Shown here: positions 31,370-43,864 of the stretch, piece after piece
Position numbering within the stretch: position 1 is the stretch's first letter
Layout: every line of letters starts with the position of its first letter
DNA from: Macrostomum lignano
Taxonomy: Eukaryota
Assembly (NCBI GenBank): GCA_002269645.1
Contig: NIVC01001285.1
Span: 35,328-99,327, forward strand
Reading direction: 5' to 3'
Length of the DNA stretch: 64,000 nucleotides
Notes under the pieces: generated by a model
What the model saw: the letters and a program-made list of their open reading frames with translations, nothing else
Told to the model about the DNA's origin: nothing
The model's database searches: none
Translations under genes and position numbers: made by a program

Positions 31370-32700
31370 CGGTAGACTCCGATTCTTAATTAGACTAATG
31401 GTAGACTCCCTTAGTCTTTCCCTATTTTATCTAACTGACTATACTAATATTCCTATTCTCGGTAGACTCCGTTTTGACTAAGTGGTAGACTCCTTCTTAG
31501 CCTCCCTATTTGCCCTGGACTTACCCTTAATTTCCTTTATTGTTTTCAGAATTTTAGTATTTCTATCTTTCATACAAGGGGAGACTCCCTTATAATTGAG
31601 TTTGTGCTTTGAGACTTAGTCTCTGAAATATTGTCCTAATGGACGGCCCTGAACGGGGATGCTTTAGACTGATTGTCCCGAACGGATGCTTTTCCCGACT
31701 ATGACTATGACTATGACTATGATTAGTGCTTCCGGCGCCTCAGCCTAAGTAAAAAGGCTCTTACGCCACTAGAAATAATTTAGATTCCAAATTAGGAGAG
31801 TACTAATGTACACTATAAGCCAAGTTAGACTATAGAGGACTGTACAGGGCAGTATCATAAAAACCAAACCTCCCCGGGGGACAGTAGCGGTTCGACAAAC
31901 CAGTCAGGAAGCCCGTGCCCACAAACCGATGATGATGATGATGATAAACGAGAGGGTCCTAGGGGACCCGCGGATCAGCCCTGGGGTGGGCTCTGCCGCG
32001 AGGGGCACTTCCAGGGGCCAAGGCATTATCTGTCCAGGGCCCGAGATACCCCATGGATGCAATTGGATTGGACCCGGCTCAAAGCGCGGGGGGGGGCGAG
32101 TTAGACCCAAACCTACGGTACAAGACACCGCCAAACCAACAGTGGAATCAGGGACGGTGCTAGGACCGAGTCCACCCAGGCCACCCCCCCAGCAGACAAG
32201 TCCTTGGGAGTGCGCGAAAAAAACAGAATTTGAATCACTGAAAAAGCCGTCCAAGAGCGGGGAAACCCAGAAGTCTTGGAAAAGGGCTAGCTATTGGAGA
32301 GAGTCTGGGCAGCTATTTACCAAGAGCGATCCTATACAGCAACCGCATAAACTGTAGGTCTCGAGCCTCAAGGCTTTTCACTACCCAGCTCTATATTGGA
32401 GTGAGTCTGGAAGGCTTGTATCCGAGGGGGAGACTCCAGGCGGGAGATCGTCCACCTCTATTGCTACCAACCCAAGGGCATCGCCTATCCAGCTCATTAT
32501 TGGGGGCCAGGCCAAGGGGTCGGGAGAAGAGGCACCCAGGGCAAGAGGACTCCGGACTCAGCCGGTTGTCCCCGGTTCGGGACGAACATCCTCCCAGGAC
32601 ACCAATCTCGCCTTTTACTAATAGAGGAACCCGCTAATACTCGAATTCCCACAACTTCAGATATTTCCCCGAGGGTGAACTACTAACAGTAGCGTAAAAG
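31370..32700. other. Unassigned GC-rich structured island with repeated GGTAGACTCC motifs and two microsatellite tails
   Basis: GGTAGACTCC occurs four times in 31371-31492, with GGAGACTCC at about 31580 and 32430. (GACTAT)4 lies near 31697 and (GAT)6 near 31928. No credible ORF. Probably a non-autonomous retroelement or a retroelement UTR. Confidence 0.35.
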
Positions 32701-34369
32701 CAAAACTGCTTATTCTAGAATTCATGCTACTAAAATAATTCATCCCGACGAATGGCAAACGCCTTTGCAAAACTGCTTGAAACTAAACCCCCTACTACAA
32801 TTGCTTCCGTGTATGGCCAAAGTCTTCCATTGAGGGGTCTCCATTTGAATCAGTATTCTAGCTGAGTGCCTACTCAAAAGTGATTGGCAGCGAGTAACAG
32901 TCAACACGGTTGCCATGCAAAGAATGATTTGCTTCTGTTTGAATGTCTCAAGAGCGGCTTTAGAATAAAAACCATTGCTAATGCAAGGTGCGGCTACATC
33001 TGGTGAGTCTTCTTCCCTTGCAGCTCTCAAAGCCCCAAAACACGTGAGCTCTGAACACTAAAAGCGCGCCTTCCTACTGAATGTCTCAATGCCACTTGGT
33101 GAAGGTAGCATATAGCTAATTCTGTTGGAATAAACAATGAACCGACGGTTGTCTCATGGAGTCAGAAAGACTCAAAAACTAACAAGTGAAGACCCTACTT
33201 AATGCAAAAACCATCGGTGGCTTGTAACTGTGGAGTGTGCTATCTCATCTGTGACGTCGGCCAACGTTTCCGATTTTGATGGACGTCGCTGGCAAATGGG
33301 TAATTTTACAGTACACTGGCATTTAGCCGACGTGTATTCATCGCTGTATTTGATAAATACCCATTTTCTAGTGACGTTCATCAATAACGGGTAACGTCGG
33401 AATATTGCACCGGTTTGAAGTGGGTCGTTGATGGTCTCGAGGACAGATCAGTCAGTACACTTAAAAAGCTTTGCAAACGTACAGATGTTAATGAGAATCG
33501 GTAAAAAGAGTACGGGGGCTTGAAATCTGTATTAAATTATTTCATTAATGCTACTGATAGTAGAAAAAAAGCAAAAAAATTATTAACGTGTCTTTAGAAA
33601 GTTTGCAAAAATGTAAGAAGTTTAATATTAACGAAAATTGAACTATACAAAGCAGAAGAAAAAAATCAGAAAGTCTATTCCTGAAACCTTACAAGGTCTG
33701 CGTCTGGATGGCAAGGTGGACAAATAACATTTCAAACAGTATCTGAATCAAAACAAGATTTAATCAAAGCTTTAGCTTAATTCTATAGTCTCGATAACTA
33801 AGAAGGGGGTTATAACAAAAAGCGCTAGAAACAAAACTCGTAAAAATGAGTGGATAAATAGGCTCGTATTAGAAAAATATTATCAGAGCTACTTGCTTGC
33901 TATATATACTACTGGGTTATAATATTCACACATTTACACGATTTTTGGCTTGTCATTTTAACAAAAGAATTTCCATCTGAAGTGTAATTTAGAAAATTGA
34001 AGCGCAGAAGGACAGAATTATTTTGAAGTGAAATCATTTAAAAAGAAAAATATCTATTTGCAAAAATATCAGTTGGCAACAAAAATAGTGTTGATGGGAA
34101 TGCAAAAAGACCAATATACGAGCTTATTATGCACTCGGATTCCAAAATCGAGGCAGTTATTTTTCTAGTAAGTGTGGTTTTTATTTCTTTTGGTTTCTTC
34201 CAAACAATTCTAAAGGATATTTCTTAAAACTGTGCCTAATAAACTGATTGAAAGCGAGCTCGTGTAAAGGTGCATCATTTCATGCATTTTCTGAATCAAG
34301 TAATTAATTGTAGTTTACATGCACCTAGATAAAATATTTAATAAACAGGGTTATAGTATTAGAGTAAAA

Positions 34370-37300
34370 TCAATCATCATCCACAGCCTCACAACAGGAA
34401 GTATGTCTTGCAGTTGGCCGCAGGATTTCCATCAGTTCGCATGCACTTTTCCGACTGCTGGGGTCGATTCGGCAGCTTCCTGCGAGAACTGACTGCAGCT
34501 GGGCGTCTCCGAGCGATAGAAACTCTGGCAGGCGTGCCACTTGCCCTTCTAAATAGAAATCCTTCACCTCAGTGTCGTATTTATTTGCCAACGGTGTCTT
34601 TCCCGTAACCAGCTGGTGCAACAAAATTCCAAGCGACCAGATGTCGCTCTCCTTTGTAGGCTGACGATTCCGATCGCGGAACAGCTCCGGAGCCTTGGTG
34701 TGGGCGTCACGAAGCAGTCTATTTCGTGTCGGTTCCAGAAACTCCGCTAGAATATCATTAATGCCGTCGAATCCTTTTAGCATTACGCGCTTATCCTGCG
34801 TCAAGTAAACGCTTTTCAGAGTCAGGGATCCGTGAACTAAGCTGCGCCTGTGTAGCTCAGCAAGGCCGTGCAACACGCCCGACGTTATAGACTTGTGAAA
34901 GCTCACATCTTCAAGCCGCGAGTCTTGATCTCGATTGCTATACAGCTGATCGAGATACTGTAGCAGGTGCCACTTGACGTACGGGTGTACGATGCACACT
35001 TCAATGCGACTGTGATAAGCGATGGAGAACTCTATGGGCCATAGAAGGTGAGACTTGTCGCTGAAACGGTTTTCTCTTCTTTTCAATGCGTAAAGCTTTC
35101 GAAGCAACAACTTTAGGTTGCCTAAAGTCTTTGAAGGATCGCTATCGGGAGTCTCAGACCAACTCAGGCACTTCTTCACCAGCCAGTCACCTTTGCTGTT
35201 TTGTTGCGCTTCAACGGTCCAGAAGTTTGTCGCTCTGCCCAACTCAGGCACTTCTTCACCAGCCAGTCACCTTTGCTGTTTTGTTGCGCTTCAACGGTCC
35301 AGAAGTTTGTCGCTCTGCCGAAGGTGCCCCGTAGTTTCAGCTCACTGGAATCTGCACCGTCCTCCAGCTCATGGATTTTGCCGCACCTATGAAAATTAAA
35401 GCGTTTTTTTATTTATCCTGGTGGGTTGACGTTCTATTTTAACTTAAGCTGGTTGACCGTTATGGATGAAAATCGTATGATGACACCCAGGGAACTTGTT
35501 AAGGCACGAGACTAAATCGATATAGTCAGATCCAAAGACGTCAAAAACGCACATCTGCTATGTCCTATTTTAAAATCTACTTTCCCAGTAAATCGTACGT
35601 ACGGTAATATATAAAATTTTACCTGGCAAAATTCGAACTAGTGACCGATAGCTGTCTGGTTGAAAAAGCAGCTCCGCTGGCTCTGCCGCCTCTTGACTCA
35701 ATCCATGACCCAACGTCGTTAATTTCATCTTCGTCGTCATTGATACCCGCATGAACAGCCAATCCTTCAGAATTGACGACTGATGTAGATTCACCAGCTT
35801 CAGGGCCAGCGTCTGGTTCTTCAACCACATCCGCATTTTCAGCTCCCAGCTTCATTTCTTTGCATAAGCCGAGATTGTTGTAGGCTAAGGCGCAGTCTTC
35901 ATCGCCCGGGGATGCGGAACTGCCAATGGGGTGTCCAACTTCCAGCTGAGCATCGGGGCATTGGTTAGCAAAGCACTGCGGCTGTAGAAAGTTGTGCTCG
36001 CAAAGAATAGTCAATATGCTCATGTGATTGCCACTCACAGCCAGTTGAATCACGTTGGCCCCATGCTTATTTACTGCATCCCATTTGCACCCGTTAGCTA
36101 GGAGGTATCGAACTACATCCGCATGGCCACGGGCTGCGGCCATCAACAGGCCAGTTGATCCCTCTAAATCAGCTGCGTCCAGAGCAGCTCCAGCTGTTGC
36201 CAGAACTTCAAGCAGGTCTTGACGGCCCGCCTGACATGCCAGATGCACACCGGTAGTACCATGAAGCCCTCCGCAGCTGTTTGGATTGACGCTGTTTTGC
36301 TTTAGCAGCAACGCAACTATTTCTTTACTGCCCTGGCTGCAAGCGTGCAGTAATGCAGAGCATTTGTCTCCATCTTCAGCTGCTATGAACTCGTCAGTAG
36401 CATTTGATAGCAGCAGCCGAACTACAGACTCCTGACCACCGATGCAGGCTAGATGAAGGAGCGTTCGCCGACGGCCATTTAGTGGGGCCGAGTGCAGCTC
36501 ACCGCAGACCAAGCTTGGCAGCAGAGACGCGTGGCTTCTGAGAGCAGCAACGTGACAAGGCATGTTCTGCCTATCGTCCATCTGGTCAGCTGAAATTTTC
36601 TGATCCAACATGTAACGCACAATGTGCGAATGCCCTTGAGCAACAGCAGCAATAAGAATGTCGTTTCTGTTATTGTTTTCTGGGAATGTTGTTAGCAGAT
36701 AATCCACCACAGATAGCTTTCCGTGACGCCCCGCAGCCTGAAATACGCTGCGCGAGGGGTCTACAGAGCCGTCTTTAAGCAATTCGATCAAAACCTGCAG
36801 ATGACCGCCAGCGCAAGCAGCTGCAATATAAGGCGACATCTCTGTAACTGGCGGGCTGTGACCTAGGGCTATCAATTTCTTGACAATATTTGTCCAGCCA
36901 CGGTAACACGCGATGCCAAACGTTGACGGCTTTCCAGGCGTGGTCTTGAGAAGATTTCGATGGATAGAATTCCCTATTTCTAATAGCAATCGGCCGTTGC
37001 CTCGACGTGCGGCTAAATGCGCCATGGTTAGACCGTGCTTATTTTCAACTAGGCCTGCCACTTTCTCACTGCATTCCAACAGCAAGGTTTTGAACATTGG
37101 ACGGCTTCCTTGCTTAGCAACATGGTGTAAGGCTGAGTAACCATATTTGTCCTGCAATCCAACCTTTAGGTTCAAGCAAAGCAGCCAATCAAAAAGTGCG
37201 TGGTTCCGATTTATACTGGCAAGCATTAAAGCATCTCGACCTTCTACGTCGACGACATAAATTTTGCACCCCTTTTTGCGCAGAAATTTGGCCATGTCAG

Positions 37301-40300
37301 TTCGATTCTTAGCTACGGCTCGAAGAAATGGCGTCTGATTCTGCCTATCAAGACATTCGATGTCTGCGCCTTCCTTCAGCAGCTTGCTGGCTGCAGAAGT
37401 AAGATTCATCTCGGAGCAAGCATGCAGCAGGTAGGAGCCGTCGCTGCATGGCTGAGTCAGATCCGTCATTCTGTCTGCGAAGAAGAGTAGAAACTTATCT
37501 AAAAAGGCCTGCTTCTTTTGCAACAAAGCTTTTTGAAAAACATCCAAAACAAACTTAGAGTTTCCTATTAGGTTTGAAACGTTCAGCAACAATTCAAGCG
37601 TCTCTGGAGGATGTCCTTTCTCTTTCAGGAAGCTCAAAAAATCAAGACGATGACTTGAAAAGGCATACGTCCACGCAGAGTAACCCTGATTGTTTGCGAT
37701 ATCCCAACGGGCTCCTTTGCGAATTAGTGTGCGCACAAGACCTGATAGACCGGAGCGAACTGCGTTAATAAGTGCCGTGTCGCCATGCTTGTCTTTCCAG
37801 TCAACAAAAGACTCTTCTACGCCCTCGTTTTCGGAAGCATCGAGTAGAAAATCAGCGCAAAGTCGTTTTCCATTGGCGCAGCAGAGATGAAGCGCGGTTG
37901 CTCCATTGTTGTTTCGGCGCTTGAGATCAAGTCCAGAGTCAAGTAGTTGACACACGCATGTGTGATGACCCTCTCTGGCAGACAGCATCAATGCTGAGTT
38001 ACCTTCACTGTCTACAGCGTCTTTGTTGCAGCAAGGATGGCTTAGAATGACTTTCAGAGTGGCTTTATGACCGAACCTGGCAGCAATCAGCAGCTCTTTT
38101 TGACCACAGGAGTCAGGGTATTTCGCATGAAATTTAGTCAGTAATAAGACAGCCAGATCCGGACAATCCCGCGACTTCAATAGCAAGGTAAGACAGCTTT
38201 CTCCTTCAGTTGTAAACGATTCGACAAGATCCTGTCTGTCTTTAAGTCTTTCTATGATAGTCGTATGACCACCTATCGCCGCCAAATGCAAAATGTTCTC
38301 GTTTCGTTCGCGACAGACTATTGTATCAATACAGCGTTTATCCTGCAAAAAGTTTACAATGCTATCAAAACCGCGACTTGCGGCTAGCAGCAAAGGGGTC
38401 CGTCCGCAGCTGTCAGGCCTGTCCATTTCTGCTCCGTTGGTCTCGAGCAGTTGAACCACAGGCAAGTGCCCTTTCAACGCCGCCTTATGAACTGCAGACT
38501 GACCTTTATTGTCTACAGCCGATACTGAAGCACTGCATTTCGTAATCAAGAATTCAACACTTTTCCTATACCGCCCTTTAGCGGCTATGATGAGTGGTGT
38601 TTCGCCGTCTCGGTTCGGCTCATCCATTCGCAATCCAAGATTGTGTAGCTCTTCTAGAATACGGTACTGACCGACTTCAGCTGCGTAGTGAACGCAGGTT
38701 TGCATCCTGTTGTCATAGAAGAACAATGATCGGCGTCCATCGGTCGCCGAAAACTCGCAAAGCATTTTAAAGGCCTCATTCGAATTTTTGTCCTCTGGTT
38801 TGCTACTTTGGCAGGAGAGCATCAGAGGTGTAGCACCTGCATTGTCAGTCTGCATAGGGTTGCAGCCCGCAATGAGTAACAGCTGTATGCTTCGAGTGTT
38901 GTTTCCTAGGCTGGCGAAGTGCAACGCAGTTTTACCCACTTTGTTGTGCAAGTGCACGTCGCATTCTTTCTGATTGAGAAGCTGAATAATTTTATCGAAG
39001 CCTTTTTCAGCGGCTAGCATCAGCGGAGTGTTGCCCAGCTTGTCGCGGGAGTTGCAATTGACTTCCTTTTCAAGAAGAAAATTCGCGATTTTGATGAACC
39101 CGAATTCGGCTGCTAAGTGCAACCCACTTCTGCTTTCGTAGTTCTTGGCGTCCAGAGGGCAAGCTTGCTTCGACAGAATTTCCAAAACCTCTAGTCTGCC
39201 ATATCGGCAGGCGTCAATTACTGCAGTGTTTCCCGACGTTTCGCGTACGAGAAGATCGGCTTTGTTTTCTATTGCCATATTTAGCATTTCCACATTGCCG
39301 TTGATTGCGGAAAATGAGACGATATTTCGGCCTTCAGAGTTGACTTGTTCCACTCGGCAATTCGATCTCAACAATATTTTGACTGACTCTGTGTGGTCTG
39401 CCTTAGCTGCTACTAGCAAGGGTGTCATTCCATCGGTCGTCTCGTCATCAACAGGCGCTTTTTGTTCCACCAGGAAGCGCAGCAATTTTTTCTTTGCATG
39501 TCTGGCTGAGAAAAAGGCTGGGGTTTGCCCCAGATAGTTCGCACAGTCCATCGTGCACCCATGATCGCTTAAGAACTTGACCACGCTAAAGTGATTGTAT
39601 CGACAAGCCATCAGAATAGGAGTATCGCCCTTCCAATTTGGATGGTCTAAGTCTCCACCAGCTTTATGAACAATCTGCAGCAGTTCCAGGTTTCCTATAG
39701 CACTGAGCAATAGCGCCGGTGTGTTGCCTTTCTGATTGGCATGGCTAAAGTCCGCGCCTAGTTTCTGCAACAGTGTCAGCAACTGTTTTGATCCTCGTTG
39801 ACAGGCCAGTAAAAGTGGAGTATTTCCATCGAAATCTTCCTTCTCAATCAGGTCTCGGTCTTCAGATAGTTCGGCCTCTAGTATATCCGTTCGGAGTTTT
39901 TCCGCAGCTCTGTGCGCCAAGGTGGCGCGCGAATTCGCAGGTCTTTGCACACGTTCTCTAAGATAAACGAATAGCTCGAAATTGCCGCTGTCAATAGCAG
40001 CTTCAAGTAGGGAATCACCAGATTTGGTAATCACGTTTAGGTCACATTCTTGCTCTTCTAAGTGCTGCAGGATTTGAAGATGTCCACCCGCTGCAGCCAT
40101 AAAAGCGGGTGAGCGACCCTGCGAGTCCTGCGCATTGATGTCGGCGTGCTTTTCACACAGAAGCTTCACCATATTGAACGAGCCATTGTAGCAAGCGTGA
40201 AACAATGGCCGCATGCCCTCGTGCTCTGGTTGGTCAAGAGGTACATCGCGTGCAACTAAAAAGTGTAGAACTTCCTCTTGCATATAGACGCAGGAGGTTA

Positions 40301-41069
40301 AAACAAGATCGGCGGCTGATTCTGACTGAATCTTCAGAGAAACTCCGTGATTTTCCAGCAAAGCCAATATATCAGTCCAGCTGTTTTTGCTAGCTTCGAA
40401 GCAGCAAGCTTTATAAAAGTTTCTTTTCTCTTCCAGATTGGTTGCATCAAGTGGATTCCACTTTTCCATTAACATTTTGAGTACTTTAATTCGACCGTTG
40501 GCCAACGCAACGTCGAACGCTGTGTATCCTTTGTTGTTGCGGGCCGTATAGTCCGCCGAATGGTTTAGAAGCGGCACTACCAAAGCGTGAAAGCCTGATT
40601 GAGCCGCGCACATCAAAGGCGTGTTTCCTGCAGCATCGGTGGCGTTCACGTTAATAGAGGGAACGGACAGCAATGTCTGAGTAGTGCTAACGTGCCCACC
40701 GAGAGTAGTCAAGTGCAACGGTGTGAGCTTGCTAGATTCGTGCTCACAGTTAGGGTCTGCGTCGTTATGCAGCAGTTTTGAAACCAATGGCCATTTGCCA
40801 AGTGCGGATGCGAGCAATAGCACTTGATTTTTTACGTTCCCGCGTTCGTGGTCAGGCAGCTGCTGAAGGTGATGCAGCTGCTCCATCACTGGTTCAGCAC
40901 CTTCAAGCCATTTTTCGCAATGCTTAACGGCGTCCTTGAACTGCTGGATCGGAGCCTCGATGCGCGGCAACACGTATGGCGACTCTTGGGCGATGCTTTT
41001 GAATTTTGTCTCCATTTTTGCGCAGACCGCTCCTTGTAATAGTTTGTGATTAAAAACGGTTTTGTGCAT
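34370..41069 (-). CDS. Giant ankyrin-repeat + pseudokinase protein (about 2150 aa if repaired), two exons, frameshifted by an 80 bp duplication
   Basis: Exon 41069-35623 holds a helical N-terminus and dozens of TPL/GH ankyrin repeats. A phase-2 intron 35622-35387 (AG|GTAAAT ... TTTTCATAG|G) joins it in frame to R-CGKIHE...LRGTFGRA...WLVKK. The kinase fold has HGSLTLKS in place of HRD, KGF in place of DFG, and intact APE, SDIWSLG and DPSSR. Further 5' exons are possible. Confidence 0.85.
35159..35319. repeat. Perfect 80 bp tandem duplication in the kinase N-lobe
   Basis: aactcaggca recurs at 35161 and 35241 with no mismatches. 80 is not divisible by 3, so the spliced frame ends at ...AKVTGW*. 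Confidence 0.95.
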
Positions 41070-41592
41070 GCATAAAAGTTGTCAACATCATGGAGCATTA
41101 AAAAGACGGCGGAAAGACGCGTAACTAGACTTTGAAAAGTCTGTAAAACCTTTTAGAACTCTATAATTTCTTTCAATATTCTCTCAAATGTTCATTTACC
41201 TTTTCAAAATTTTATACGGTCCTTAGATTTTTTATCCTACGAGTAGTACGAGAAACAATCAATAAAACAAGAAACCGTCTGAAATGAATCAGAGATTTTA
41301 CCTGGTAAACTGGATCTTATGAAGCTAACTTTAAAATTTTATTTTTATTGTTTCTTACTGAAAAGCTTAACTGGGTGTCCTTCCCGCCGGGGAATAGAGT
41401 CGTTTCTTTAGACGATTCCGCTGGGAAACGCATTCGTTTCTCCTTAAAAAAACGGCCAAACAAAAAAACGTCTTTGGAAGTCGATTCTTTGGATAAGAAT
41501 CGCCACTCAGAGCAGTATTTCTTGGCATTGTTTGGAAACGGCCAGGAAACAGCCGAAGCGATGGAATCGAATAAAGAATCGAAAGAATCGTC

Positions 41593-41846
41593 GTTCGATT
41601 CCTGGGTCGATTCCAAAATTTCTTTCGATTCTGTTCTCGCACAGAAACGAAGCAAGATTTTACTTCGATTCCTGGGTCGATTCCAACCTTTCTTTCGATT
41701 CTGTTCTCGCACAGAAACGAAGCAAGATTTTACTTCGATTCCTGGGTCGATTCCAACCTTTCTTTCGATTCTGTTCTCGCACAGAAACGAAGCAAGATTT
41801 TACTTCGATTCCTGGGTCGATTCCAACCATTCCTTTGATTCTGTTC
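41593..41846. repeat. 70 bp tandem repeat, about 3.6 copies, inside a probable decayed DNA-transposon remnant (about 41370-42515)
   Basis: acagaaacga occurs at 41641, 41711 and 41781. The flanks are rich in GAAACG/CGTTTC, with degenerate inverted similarity between about 41400-41430 and 42460-42500. Confidence 0.8.
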
Positions 41847-43864
41847 TGTACATTAAATATACAGGTTAATTATTTTCCTGCCCTTTTGGCTTGATTCTTT
41901 TGCTAGTTTGGCATGCTATTGCGTGCATCGATACCATAATTGGAAAGTTCTAATCGTTGTCGCTGGTGTCGTTTCAATTTTCTGTTCTGAAAATGAGTGT
42001 TTGTGTTGTGTATTTGTCTGTACTGAGTGTATGAACTGTATAGAGCCTGGCATGCAGTAAGGGTGATCCTGTGTGTACCGTTGTTACAGTGTCGTTAGAT
42101 AGAATTACGTGTATAATCCCACCTGTTTAAATTCTGTCGCTCAGAAGCTCGTCAAATCGAACAGTGCGTGAGAAATCGTCGACTCAGTCCGTTTCCCTCC
42201 ACTTACTCATGCATATACATGTAAATACTACGCACGAAACGAAGCAATGGGCCAATCCGGCCCAAAGTCCTGCGTAGGAAGCGGAGAAACTGAATCGCCA
42301 TAAAAAGCAGTTTCCTGTGGTTGGAAACTGCGTAGCTAGGAAACGACTCAATATTTTAATTCGTTTCTTTCTTCGTTTCCGCACATTTAGCGTGACGAAA
42401 CTGCCGAATTAAGCAGTTTCCTCTAGCACTGCGGAGACCACAGAATTTTGGTCTGCTTTAGTCCGTTTCCAGCAAAAAATGCTGCCGAAGAAACGTCCCA
42501 ATTATCCACAGGGTAAGTAGTTGCTTGAAAAAATTAACGAATAAGACAACTACATGTATAGTTCAAACTTATGAGACTAAGACTAACTACGAGCTACATT
42601 GTAGCTATGACCCATAATTTTAACGTTGTACTCAGCAAACCATTTTAGTTGTTGGTCCATTAGCAAAAAAACGAATTCAGTAATTTTATCGCAAGTTATA
42701 TCATAATTATATGGCAGTTAGCAACACTAAAATTATCAGGCAAAATTCAAACCAAATGTCACTTACGATCGAGCGCAGGAGATATATAGCTCAAGTTAGC
42801 GAACTTACAATCTGTTGTTATTTTCTTGAGACGTTTAAACTTTTTGGTTCAATCTAAACGACAAGGCTTGTTTACGGCCCGCGGTGAGTTTACCATACTT
42901 ATAGTCATTTGAAGTATCAGGTACTACCTATAGTAGAGACAATTCCAGCAAAAATATAAATTCGGTCATATGACGTTCAGACAAGCAGCCCCGTCCTTGA
43001 GAAGGAGTAAAAATATATATGAAAAATTACAGCGCGTGAACTTGCATTAAAGACGGAGCACTGCTGTACCCCATTAAGTTCAGTACGGCAATAAAATAGA
43101 GAAAATGAAGAAAGAATAGAGGCTTTTTTACCCAGATTGGTCTCACTCATTGAGACGAGCTTGCATCTTTAGGGGGTTAGTAAAGCACAGAAAGTTGGCG
43201 TAAAATAAGGAACGTTTGCGAACTCGCATTTTTAGAGACGCTTTTCGCATCGTGTATGAATATCTATTTCGTCATCAACAACCAACATTTATCTACCCGA
43301 GGATCTGAGTCATAAACATTTTTTTTACTAGCACTCTGCACCCTTCTGGAATGGCACAGAGGCTAAAGCAAATTATAGTTCACAACAACATTTTATTTTC
43401 CAGCACTAAAAATGACAGAAGCATTGAGATAAGATTAATAAAGTATAAACTTGCTTATTCTAAAGTCTTATCGAATCAAATAAAATTTCTTTAGTCAACT
43501 TTTTTTTCAGTTTATTAATTGTTTGAAAGCAAATCACGCCTTTCTTTGCTCACGAATCATTTAAATTAATAATATGTACTGCACGCTTACTTGCAAAGCT
43601 TTTAGTTTTGTGCCTAAAATCATAGGATAGAAAAAATGACAGCCTAATCTTCGCAGTCAACTAAAATATTTTACTTTAAAGGCACGAAAAACTGCGTTTT
43701 ACTGTGTAATAGTGACACAATAAACTGGACTAGCATTGACTTTTGTTTCGTCCAACCAGCATTTGTTGCTTGTATCATCAAGCTATTTCTTCGTGAATTC
43801 GATCATTGACTAAAGGTTGCTCTGCCGATATTTTTATCATAGATGCAGCGTGTAACGTAGAATG

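Noticed and set aside
34370-35251. Stand-alone active protein kinase starting at 35251
   Set aside because: The ORF start is a by-product of the 80 bp duplication. An in-phase splice links it to the ankyrin exon, and the catalytic Asp residues are absent.
41317-41894. ORFs over the 70 bp repeat
   Set aside because: Repeat-derived, open on both strands and with no domain features.
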